This document shows, in pieces, positions 52,661-64,000 of a stretch of DNA of 64,000 nt. The notes below the pieces were generated by a model, which worked only from the letters and a program-made list of their open reading frames with translations, searched no databases and was not told the origin of the DNA. Position numbers and translations under genes: made by a program. Position 1 is the stretch's first letter, and each line of letters begins with the position of its first letter. This stretch comes from Amoebidium appalachense (taxonomy: Eukaryota; Protista; Ichthyosporea): contig CAVNZM010000003.1 in assembly GCA_963693365.1 (NCBI GenBank), positions 12,677,252 to 12,741,251 of the forward strand, read 5' to 3'.

Positions 52661-53662
52661 TCCCCGGGGCCCCCCTCCGGGCCCTTCCCTCCGAGTCCCC
52701 CCGTTTAAAGCATAACGGGTTTAATGGCCAGGGGCTGAAGGTCAGTAAGGGGCCCGGGCCAAGCACACAAGCAGAAAAAAAAGTTCAGTACCGCGGGCAG
52801 CCTGCACTTGTGGCCACACAGAGCAGATCAACATTGTTATCTTGCATGTAACAGACGCTTGTAGCAGAATTCGTTGGAACCTACCAACAAAAACAATATT
52901 CGACTTGTAATAGAGTTTCCTTGAATGTAGCAGAATTTATCTGCCTTTTATGGTGAGAGTACTCAACAGTGCATTTAGCAGAATTTCTGCCTGTAGTGCG
53001 GAAATAAATCTGCAATGCAGAATTGTATGTTGTACTACAAGCAGTAATAGATAGTATATATATGCACGTGTGCGCGTGAGGGAGCTCGAGCCACGTGCAC
53101 GTGCAATTGCATATGTGCACATGCAATACACAAGGCACATATGATTATATACGGGGAGGCCGGCGCCCGGCCCACCGCAGGCGGGCTGGCCTGGCAGCGG
53201 CAGCTGCGGCATGCAGCACGCAGCACGAACACGAACACTGGGCATGCGCAAACGCAGGGTTAGAATCGGAACACGGAACAGCTCGAGCATCATCGGCATG
53301 ACACACTGTTTTTAAATTCGGATTTTGCTCGGATCAAATGAACAGAGGCTTACCATTTATTAGGCAAAAACGCGCTTGTGTAATACGGCCATGTAAGAAT
53401 AAGAGGAATATCACTACACGTTTTTTTATGCTCTACAGTATGAGAGTAGATATTGGAGGCTCAGTAGCCTCGGCTCACGGATTGTACACGTAACACAAAG
53501 CGGTTTCCTTGGTCAAAAGTTACGCAAAATGTTTATTGCAACCAATGAATTGCCGTTAACCTTTTTTGGTCCCAGGGTTCGAATTTTAGTTTCGAATTTT
53601 TTGGGGAGGCCAATTGGTTCTTTGGTAATGCCAAAAAAAACTTTGGTAAAACCCTTAATCGT

Positions 53663-53706
<44 letters not shown>

Positions 53707-54118
53707 TTCCCTCCCTTCCCTCCCTCCCTCCCGCCAGAAGTCGCTGTGTGAAGTTGTTTTTTGGCGAAGAGTGCGCAGATCTGTGCTCTGAGTTAGTGGC
53801 CGGGTGCCAGGCCTAGGATCCGGAAGTGGGTGAGGGGCCTGCCGGGGAGGGAGGGGCCCGGAGGGCCCGGTCCGGAGGAGCCCCGGCCTGATAGGCAAGG
53901 GGGGGGGGGAGGGGGGGGGGGGGGGGGGGGGGGGGGGAGGGGGGGGGGGGGGGAGGGGGAGGGCGTACACGTGCACGCATCAGGCGGGATGGTGTGACCC
54001 TAGGGCGAGTCCGGTTTGGAGAATTTTGTATGTTAACGCGCTCAAAATCGATGATTTTGGGACTTCTCGACACCGTGCTGTTTTATCACGAGTACATGCA
54101 TAAGTAGGGGCTGCAGCT

Positions 54119-54187
<69 letters not shown>

Positions 54188-54253
54188 GTGTGTGCGCGTG
54201 CGTGCGTGCGTGCGTGCGTGGGGGGGGGGGGGGGGGAGGGGGGAGGGGGAGGG

Positions 54254-54289
<36 letters not shown>

Positions 54290-54985
54290 GGCGCTGTACC
54301 ATTCCCTTGGTCGATCTTTGGGAAAACGGGCAACAAGTTTGGTAAATTACCAAACGTTTTTTGGTAATATCGAACTCTGTTTGGTCCCCAAGGTTTCCCA
54401 GGGTCTGAAAAGATCTAGCAATGCGATACGGACGTTACACAAAGCGAACTCAGGCCTTGTACAAGGGAATGAATGGCGCCCCCTACACAGGCCCATGTTT
54501 TTTTTAGATGTAACACTACTAAAAACTGCCTACAGGCTCATTTTTCACCGCTTATCCGTCTCGTTCCCAAGTCTTCTTCAGAGCGCCAGTACCGAACATT
54601 AGAATCCCAGTCGAAAGCCTAAGAAGAATACAATCATTGGTCATAACGAGAGAGGTTCTTTATGAGTTATAACTCAGTTTTATAAAGAAATAAACAGACC
54701 GGAATGAATGTGATATCATTGTGTACGCAGCTGCATCAGTAAAACCACATCCTTTCTCGCTACCTGCATCGTCAGGGTTTGGAATGTGTGCATGAGCGCA
54801 CTGGCACTAGCTTTTTCACCACGCCCTTTCCCAGTTGAGAAACTTAAACAACTAATTATCGCCACCCTTTCTTTCTTCTCTCTGCATCTTTGCTTCATGT
54901 GACGATAGCAAATATTCGACCCGTGCCCCAGAGGATTGTAGGCAGTCCTTTTCAAAGGTTTAGTTTTCTTTTTTTTTTCTCGAAG

Positions 54986-55276
54986 ATGAGTGCTGGTGTT
55001 CTGCATAATGGGACTACGGTGACAGTTGCCGGCGGCCTTGTGGGTGAGTTTTCCACCTTAAAATCTTTCACTCGTAAAGTAGCTGTTTTATGTACACGGA
55101 GAGGTGCTGCTGTGCGAAAGGTTTACAGCATGTACATCTAAATGTTGCGCATGCCCAGGAGCAGGGAAGGGGAGGGGGGAGGGGAGGGGGGAGGGGGAGG
55201 GAATGGGGAAGAAGGAGGAGGAAGAGGAGGGAGAGGGGAGCTCGGGGGGAGGGGGGGGGGGGGGGGGGGGGGGAGA

Positions 55277-55316
<40 letters not shown>

Positions 55317-55870
55317 ATCGGAGGGGGGGGGGGGGGGGGGGGGGGCTGAACGCTGCATGCACTCAGAATCCCAGGTGGGCTTTGTCGTTCCTTACGGAAA
55401 TGACCACGTAGCATTATCAAATCATAAATTTGGCCAATATTCCTATGGATAAGTGTGTAGAAGATTTTTTTTTCTTAGGGACCACTCGGACATGCTTTAC
55501 GCACAAAGATCTAGTTCATATTGTCTTGTGGTTATCGAGTGTCTTTACTTCCGTTTCTCCCACCCTCGAATGTACACAACCCTCCCCTCCCCACCCACCC
55601 CCATACACACACGCACACACACACACACACACACATCTCACAACACCACCTAATATCCATGTCCGGCGCATCCCCCTCCCCTTCCCCCCTTCTCCCACCC
55701 ATCCACACACACACGCATCTCACCGCATCACCTAGATTCCGTGTCCGGCACATCCCCCTCCCCCCTCCCCCCCCCCCCCCCCCCCCCTCCTCCCCCACCC
55801 ATCCACTCACATGTAGATACACAGACCACCATCACACCACCACTTTATTTCAATAATACACTCGTCCCCC

Positions 55871-55901
<31 letters not shown>

Positions 55902-56380
55902 AAAAAAAAAAAAAAACACAAACATAAACACACCACCGCTTTATTCCAATAATACACTTGCCCCCCCCCCCCCCCCCCCAAAAAAAAAAAAAAAAAAAAA
56001 AACACACACACATCACCACCACATTACTCTCATCTTCCCACGCACATCACCACCACATCACATCATTCCCCATGTTCCACTCACCACCATTGAATTTGCA
56101 CAGATGCAGCACAGGAAACAGCCGAGTGGCTCGTTTGGCAGACAGGCACACTTATGGCAGACTCGTTTGTTGTGTTGCTCTCCCAAGTGCTTTTTTTAGC
56201 GTTGGGTGGGTTTTCCTCATCCGAAATGTCTTTCGCGACTACGAGGTAAACCCCCCTATCCCCCCAACCCTTCCCTCCCCCCCCCCCCCCCCCCTCCCCT
56301 CTCTCTCCCTCCCTCTCCCCCCCTCTCTCCCCCTCCCTAGGCCTCCTCCCTCCCCCTCCCCCCCCCCCCTCCCCCCCCCC

Positions 56381-56413
<33 letters not shown>

Positions 56414-56565
56414 ACCCACCTCTCCCTCTCGAAAGTCCGAGATTGGGAATGGCTTGGGCTGCACCTGAGGATGGACCGTGCTTTTTATGCATACTTTTCA
56501 TGTGTGGTTTGCACTCTGCATCGTGTTGTCCGTCATGAACGTGTGCTTCGTAATCTGTAACACAT

Positions 56566-56622
<57 letters not shown>

Positions 56623-57197
56623 ATCCCGCCTCCCCTCCCTCCCCCTCTTCCTGCCCAGTTAGAAACTGGTTCTTTTTTTGGAGACGTAGGAACCCTTCAG
56701 ATGATGGGCTCTTGTCAAGTATTTTCTTTCCTGCACATTGTATTTGATTCTTTTTTTTTTTGATTTTTTTTTGATTTTTTTGATTTTTCTGGGTTCTCAA
56801 ATATCCCTGCATCTGGAATTGCTATTAGCTGATGCCCGCAACCCCCCCCCCCCCCCCCCCCCTCCCCCCCCCCTTCTCCCCTCCTTTACCCCCCAAAGAC
56901 CATTTTCTTTCCATCGTCACTCTCTTTGCCTTTCCATATACGTTACTACCCCCCCCCCCCCCCCCCTCCTCCCCCCACCCCCCCCCCTCCCTCCCACATC
57001 GCTCCCTTCACTTCAACACTTCATCCCGATCCCATCTCCTTCCCCGCCCCTACCCCCCCCCCCCCCCCCCTCCCCGGCCCATTGCCCTTCCTCCCATTTG
57101 TTTTGACACTCCCCCCCCCCCCCCTCCCCCCCCCCCCCCCCTCTCTCCCCCCACCCACCTCAGACCTTCCCACCCGTCTCATCTCTCCCTCCCCCGA

Positions 57198-57243
<46 letters not shown>

Positions 57244-57734
57244 AATTACACTTAAACAAACCTACACCCACACGAAAATAAACCTGGCCAGGGTTGTCCC
57301 CTCCCCTCCCCTCCCCACCCCCCTCCCATAAAGACACACATGCACACATACACACACACACCCACCCATAGACCTACATCCCCCGGCCCCCTACCCTCCC
57401 CTCACACACACACACGGGCACACCCCCACACCCACATCCACACATGCATCAACCCACCTACTTCCTACCCACCCACCCACACACACACAAACACATACAC
57501 ATCCACCCAGCTACACACACACACAGGCAGACAGACAAACACACACACACACCAACGAATAATTTTTATGTGCATTTTGCAATGAGCAACTGTAGTGTCT
57601 GCCGTGAATGCGTACTTCGCACTCTCTAATATATTCACTTCCCCCCCCCCTCCCCCCCTTCCCAACACCCACCTACCCATCCACCGACCCACCCACCCAC
57701 ACCCACACACCCACACACACGCACACGCACACGC

Positions 57735-57802
<68 letters not shown>

Positions 57803-58916
57803 ACGGCACTGGTCTGTTCAGCTCCTGTTTTCTCTAACCTTTGCACTGTCCTGCACCATGTTTGAGCTCATCATCTTTGAGATCATGGATATCCTCCACA
57901 AGAGGTATGCTTAGCCCCCTCCCCTCCCCCCCTCCCTAACGAGGTGAATAGGTCGAAACTCGGGTACTGTGGATGACGTGGGCCCCCCCTGAGGATGGGC
58001 TCTGCTTATTATGCATTATTATTATACTCTTTATGTATGGCTTGCATTCTGCATCGTGTTATCCGTTTGTCCTTGTGTACTTCCTCTAGCCCTACACACT
58101 CAATAATTGCCGTGTAAATAATTTCCTGTTGTATTCTCTCTATGCTCCCCTTTCATGCGCATCCCGCCGCCGTGCACCCCTCCCCCCCTCCTCGGGCCCC
58201 GCTTGCTCGTCATCACCCCCCCCCCCCCCCCCCTCCAGACTCTCGTGTCGAGCTTGCTACCTTCTTACTCCGTTTCATATTGTCTCCCCCCCCCCCCCCC
58301 CCCCCCCCCCCCGTCCCCCCCCCCTCCTTCCCCCCCCCCTCCGCCCTCCCCCAAACATCTCCCCTTCCCCCCCCCCCTCCCCCCCCCCCCCCACTTGACC
58401 TCCTTGTCTCCCTAGAGATCTGATCCCCCACCTCCCCCTCTCTGTGCCCCACCCCCCCCCCCCCCCTCCCCCTCCCTCACCTCTTCCCTTGTCCCCTGTC
58501 TTCCTATACCCGCTTCTCTTCTCCCCTCCCCTTCCACTTTCCCTTCCCATTGCTTCCCGACATCCCCTCCCCCCCCCCCTTCTTTTTTAAACCTCCTAGG
58601 TGAATGAGTCGCACTCCGATGTAGTAAGTGATTTGGGCTCTCCGTGAGGCTGGGATCTGCTTATGTTGAATACAACACGTTGCTTAGTTTGCACACTTCT
58701 TACATGCTCGTTTTTTGCATACACTTACGCATAGTGTGTTGTCTTCTGCACCGTGTTTTCTCGTTACGCATTTGCACTTGGGACCGTGATCCGCATCATA
58801 ACAACCCGCTCCCCCCTCCCCCCCCTCCCACTCTCTCTTTCCTACCCCTCTCCCCTCCCCCCTCCACCCCCTCTCGCCCTCTCCCCCAGTCCCACCCCCC
58901 CTTCCCCCCTCCCCCC

Positions 58917-58947
<31 letters not shown>

Positions 58948-59468
58948 AAAAAAAAAAAAAAAAAACCCCACTTTTCAAAATTTCAGCTCGCGCTATGTTC
59001 ACTGGCGGGTGTGCCTGCATGCGATGCTTTTCTGCATCGTCTGCGCCCTGCCCTTTGCCACCTTCTACATGTTTATCCAGGAGACGAAATTCGGTAAAAA
59101 ACCCCACCCTTTTGTATCTTCCTCCCTTACCCCCACCCCCACCTCACCCCCCTCGCCTCCGCCTCGTCCTCCCAACTCCCCCCCCCCCCCTCCCCCCCCC
59201 CCCCCCCCTCCCCCGAGTTCCCAGAAACTCATTATGTGTGCTTTTCACTCTGCATTGTGTTGTCCGTTGTGATTGTGCACTTCGTACTCCATGTCGCATT
59301 CAATCTCTCCCTCCCCCCTCCCCCCCCCTCCCCCCTCCCCCCTCCCCCCTCTTCCTCCGCCCATCTGCCCCCCTCCCTCCTCCTCCCCCCGCTCCCCACG
59401 TACAAATGCTCTAACCCACACATGCTGTGTATGTACTTGAGACGTGATCCTTATTTTAGTCTGTAATC

Positions 59469-59508
<40 letters not shown>

Positions 59509-60180
59509 TCCCCCTCCCTCCCTCCCCCCCAGAGCTTCCAAAAAAGAAGAAGTAAGGTAAAGAGCCAGCATGTGTGTGGGCCTGTCAGCATGTGTGTGTG
59601 TGTGCGTGTGCGGGTGTGGGCGCGCGCGCGCGTGTGTGTGTGTGTGTGTGTGTGTGCGTGTGCGTGTGCGGGTGTGGGTGTGTGTGCACGCATGATAGTG
59701 GGGGAAGAGAGAGGAGGTGATTTCACGGCAAGAAGAAAAAACGAAGACATGAGGGGTATGATAAATTGAGGAAGGGAAAAAGGGGGAAGGGGGAAGGGAG
59801 GGGGGGGGGGGGGGGGGGCAGGGGGGAGGGATAGACGCACCCTCATTAGATTGACTAAATGATCCTGTCACCTGACAGACATGCACACCAATCACGACAT
59901 CAAAAAGGAAAACACACATGAACATGAAAAAGAAACACACACGTGTATATGTCCAGACACCAAGCACTCACAGTTGGGTTTGGAATGCACACCCTGTAGC
60001 TTTCCCCTCATCCGATTGGCCAATTGATCATTATCACGTGACTAAACACCAATCACCATGCAGGAGCTAACCGCAGTACCACCCGCCTTCTTACCATTGG
60101 CACGTGGGTGGTCTTTATTTATTTCTTCTGGAAGATTGGAGACCCATTCCCTATGCTTAGCGCGAGCCACGGTACATATC

Positions 60181-60226
<46 letters not shown>

Positions 60227-60606
60227 CCCCTCATGATTCCAACCATCTAATGCATACATCATCCCCCCCCCCCCCCCCCCCCTGCCTCCCCCATATTTCC
60301 AACCATCTAATGCATAAATCATTCCCCCCCCCCCCCCCCCCCCCCCTTCCTCCCCCCAGGCCCTACTCCTTCCCCTGAAACCCTTTTTGTTTGCGGAGGC
60401 ATATGAACCCCTTTGATGAAGCTCTGTTCAAGGGCTCTGTTCAAGTGTGTTTGCCTGCACATTTTTCATTTGTTCCTTTTTAATAAGTTGAGGTCGACTT
60501 TTATGTATTTATGACATTGGGTATTTTGTCCTTTGGTGTCTCCTCTTTATTTCCAACTCTCTGATGCGTGCATCCGTTCCCTTCCCCCCCCCCCTTCCCC
60601 CCCCCC

Positions 60607-60637
<31 letters not shown>

Positions 60638-60989
60638 ACTCCCCACTACTCATTATGCATACTTTTTATGTGTGGTTTGCACTCTGCACCGTGCTGCCTG
60701 TTGTGAATATGTACTTCGTACTTTATGGCACATTCAATCCCTCCCTCCCTCTCCCCCCTCCCCCTCCCCCTCCCCCTCCCCCCCGTTTGTTCCATCCCTT
60801 CCCTTCGTTCTCTCTGTTTCATCTCTTCTGCCTTTCTCCCACCGTACCCCCCCCCCCCCCCCCCCCCCCCATGCTCTTTGGGTGTGCTTTGCAAGGTCCG
60901 TATGGCTGCTTGTCCGTTGTGTGTGTGTACTTCATTCTTAGTAACCCATTCTATCCCCCCTCCCTCCTCCTCGTCCCTCCCCCTCCCCC

Positions 60990-61038
<49 letters not shown>

Positions 61039-61573
61039 AAAAAAAAAAATGTAAAAGATCAAGAACCTTGGCTTCGGGTTATGTCCTCTTGTCGAGCGAC
61101 TTTCTTTTGTCATTGTTTTTAGTTTGTATTTTCGCCATCAAACTTGTCATGCAATCTATACATCCCCTTTGCCCCCTCACCTCACCTTATTCCCCCCCCC
61201 CCCCCCCCCCCCCCCCCTCCCCTCTCCCACACTCACACACACACGTCCACCTGCTGACCGCCCACCCGCCTGCCCGCCCACACACGATCACACACACACA
61301 CACACACACACGTACACACAGGCATCTTCTCGATTGTGCAGGTGATTAGCCGTGTGGGTGTGTTGGGGGTCACTTTGATGGCTATCCTGTCGGGGTTCGG
61401 TGCCGTTAACTTCCCCTACACGTCAATGCACTACTTCCTCAGGTGTGTGTGTGTGTGTGTTTGGGGGGGGGGAGAGGGGGGGGGGGGGGGGGGGATGGAA
61501 GGGATATGTATTGGTGGGTGGACGGGTGAGGGGGGGGGGGGGGTTGATGTGTGTGTGTTGAGGGGGGGGGGAG

Positions 61574-61628
<55 letters not shown>

Positions 61629-61705
61629 TGTGTGCGCGCGCTTGTGTGTGTGTGTGCGTGGGTGCGTGCGTGTGTGAGCTCGTGTGTGTGTGTATGTGTG
61701 CGTGC

Positions 61706-61747
<42 letters not shown>

Positions 61748-62495
61748 ACGCGCGCGCCCGCGCTTGTGTTTGTATCTACATGCATTGATGTGCATTCCAC
61801 TCACAATCGCATCTGCCAGGCCCGTATCTGAGAGTGACCTCGTGTCATATGAAAAGCGTCTCATGCAAAACTACCACCTTATTGGTATGCCCCCCCCCCC
61901 CCCCCCCCCCCCTTCCCCCAATACTCCTTGTGTATGCTTTTGCAAAATCTTCCTTGTGTTTTCCTTCATCAATATGAATGGGGTTGGGATAATAATATGT
62001 GGGGAAGGGGCTAGGCGATGGGAAAGGGACCTCCCCGGGGGAGGGGGGAATGGGGAAATTTCCTAAAGGGCTGAGTTGTCGGTGGGTGGGTGGGTGGTGC
62101 TGAGTGTATTGTTGTTGGTGGGCGAGCGGATGCCTGGATGGGTGGGTGTGATGGTGCTGCCCGTCGGGCGGGGGGTGGGGGTCGGGGGAGGGGGGGGGGG
62201 GGGGGGGGGGGGGAGGCAGGGGGAGAGAGAAAGAGACAGAGACGGGCGGGGGAGGGGAGAGAGGGGAAGGGGATGGATCTGTTGTGGTGATTGTGGGATG
62301 GGCTGAGAGGAGGTGGGAAGATGGGGGAGGGTGGAGAGGGGGGGGGGGGGGGGGGAGGGGGGGGGGGGGAGGGATGATTGTCAAGCACGTAGAGAGTGTG
62401 CTGTAGTTTCTGACCTGGGTGTTTCAGCGCGGAAGAAGAAGAAGTTGGTGCAGCTGAGGAGGGAGAGGAGTGTGCAGGATGCAGCAGCAAAGGAC
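54986..62495 (+). CDS. GPR89: Golgi pH regulator / GPCR-type G protein, 5' part. Exons about 54986-55043, 56104-56245, 57801-57904, 58987-59092, 60064-60171, 61322-61442, 61820-61884, 62428-62495
   Basis: GW.F..R..F.DYE; [19 protein letters not shown]; SRYVHW; [10 protein letters not shown]; [25 protein letters not shown]; KKK. Introns are GT-AG. One missing T in a homopolymer at about 56191. Confidence 0.93.
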
Positions 62496-62652
62496 GTACG
62501 TGTGTGTGTGTGTGTATGTGTTTGTGTGTGTGTGTGTGTGCGTGTGTGCGTTTGTGTGTTTGTGTGTGCGTGTGTGTGTGTGTGGGTGTGGGTGGGTGGG
62601 TGTTTTTTTTTTTTTTTTGTGTGTGTGTGTGTGTGTATGTGTGTGAATGTGA

Positions 62653-62703
<51 letters not shown>

Positions 62704-62778
62704 GTGTGTCGTGGGCGGGTGGGTGGGTGGGTGGGTGTGGGTGTCTCTCTCTCTCTTTTTCCCTCTCTCTTTTTTTTC

Positions 62779-62974
<196 letters not shown>

Positions 62975-64000
62975 CACGGTGGTTATCTTCCAGTGCCTGG
63001 CCGGGCGGCAGATCGACCCGGCCTATTAGGAACCCTTATCCTGCGCCAGACTTTCCCCCAAAAATAAAAAATAACATATAAATATCTACGTAAAACAAAA
63101 TAACAACATGTTTCTACGATATTCAAATAATTGCATTGTTTTTTTAGGCTTCAATATATATAAATCTGCATGAGTGATGACAAATACTTCTCAAATTGTT
63201 CTGCGGAGGGTCGTCACTAATAAAATGTGTGGAAAATTCGAAGTATACGACGGGGTTCTTTCAACAATTACATAGCACTTGTCCTGGTGTTGTCTTTAAC
63301 ATTTTAAAGGTGTTTGGCGCTTGGTTGGTTAGATATTGTAAAGCTTTTGGTTTGCCCCTATTCGACCGGTAACAACAAACACCGTTTATTATCATGGACT
63401 TTTAGGTTTTCCGGATAGGAATACCGGTAAAATGACGCGCGAGCCAATCAATCGATCATGGTCATGCATTGAGTCAGCCGCCGCTAAACTAGTCTGATCG
63501 GCAGCCTGCGCCTTACCGTAAACAACTCCTATTAATGTTTAGCTTATTTCCCTTCTATTTTTTTCCTAAAGCGTTTCGAAAAAATAAGCCGTGCTATGTT
63601 CATGTGAAGAAGTACAGTATAAGCGTCCTTGCGCCATGCTCTGTTCTACCGGAAAGAGTAACCATTGAAGTACCGGAAAGTGCTTATCGCCGCAGCACAT
63701 GTGGCAATGCCGGTAACACGGCCTCATCCAATCATATATTCGATGTGACGTAGAGGCATTCATTCCGATGGGATCAAACCTCTGCTGCGCCTGTGCCTCT
63801 GTTCTTGTGCGCTCAACATTGTATGTGTCCTTGGTTGTATTCAGTCGGCGGATTGCGACATTGTGAGAAAAAAAAAAGATTGTGCGTGTGTCTGTGTCTG
63901 TGTCTGTGTCTGTGTCTGTGTTGTTGGAGAGGTTGGGTGGGGGTGAGAGTGGGGGGCTGAAAATTGAGGGAATGGTCGAGGTAGAGAGAGAAGGGGTGGA

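Noticed and set aside
56181-56200. Frameshift suggesting GPR89 is a pseudogene
   Set aside because: One extra T in a 7-T run restores SQVLFFSVGW and all other exons are intact. A homopolymer sequencing error is more likely; the same may apply near 33240 and 45150.
63027-63800. AT-rich unique segment after the last GPR89 exon seen, possibly a transposon end
   Set aside because: No terminal repeat partner, target duplication or coding motif could be identified within the window.

Overview
Eukaryotic genomic window with three zones. (1) About 1-34 kb is a gene-dense, intronless, mostly GC-rich block of Nucleocytoviricota-type genes that runs off the left edge. It carries a poxvirus A22/RuvC-like resolvase, an A16/G9/J5-like membrane protein, two penton-like proteins, a Nudix hydrolase, an SF3 helicase, Bro-like/T5orf172 proteins, two papain-like (clan CE order) proteases, an aquaporin and three PD-(D/E)XK-like paralogues, so it reads as an endogenous giant-virus-like element. 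No major capsid protein, PolB or packaging ATPase is recognisable here. (2) About 34-50 kb is a satellite-invaded zone with a spliced KDM4-like JmjC gene (one exon duplicated) and a few virus-like ORFs. (3) From about 50 kb is host DNA with microsatellite-rich introns: a metallo-beta-lactamase-fold fragment and a GPR89/GPHR gene. The most unusual structure is a candidate replication module at 22-30 kb. It comprises a primase-less SF3 helicase, an iteron-like array at the helicase 3' end, and a nuclease that carries a gap-free copy of the helicase C-terminal domain. A long non-coding iteron element is also repeated 17 kb apart. All family assignments are by eye from motifs; no searches were run.
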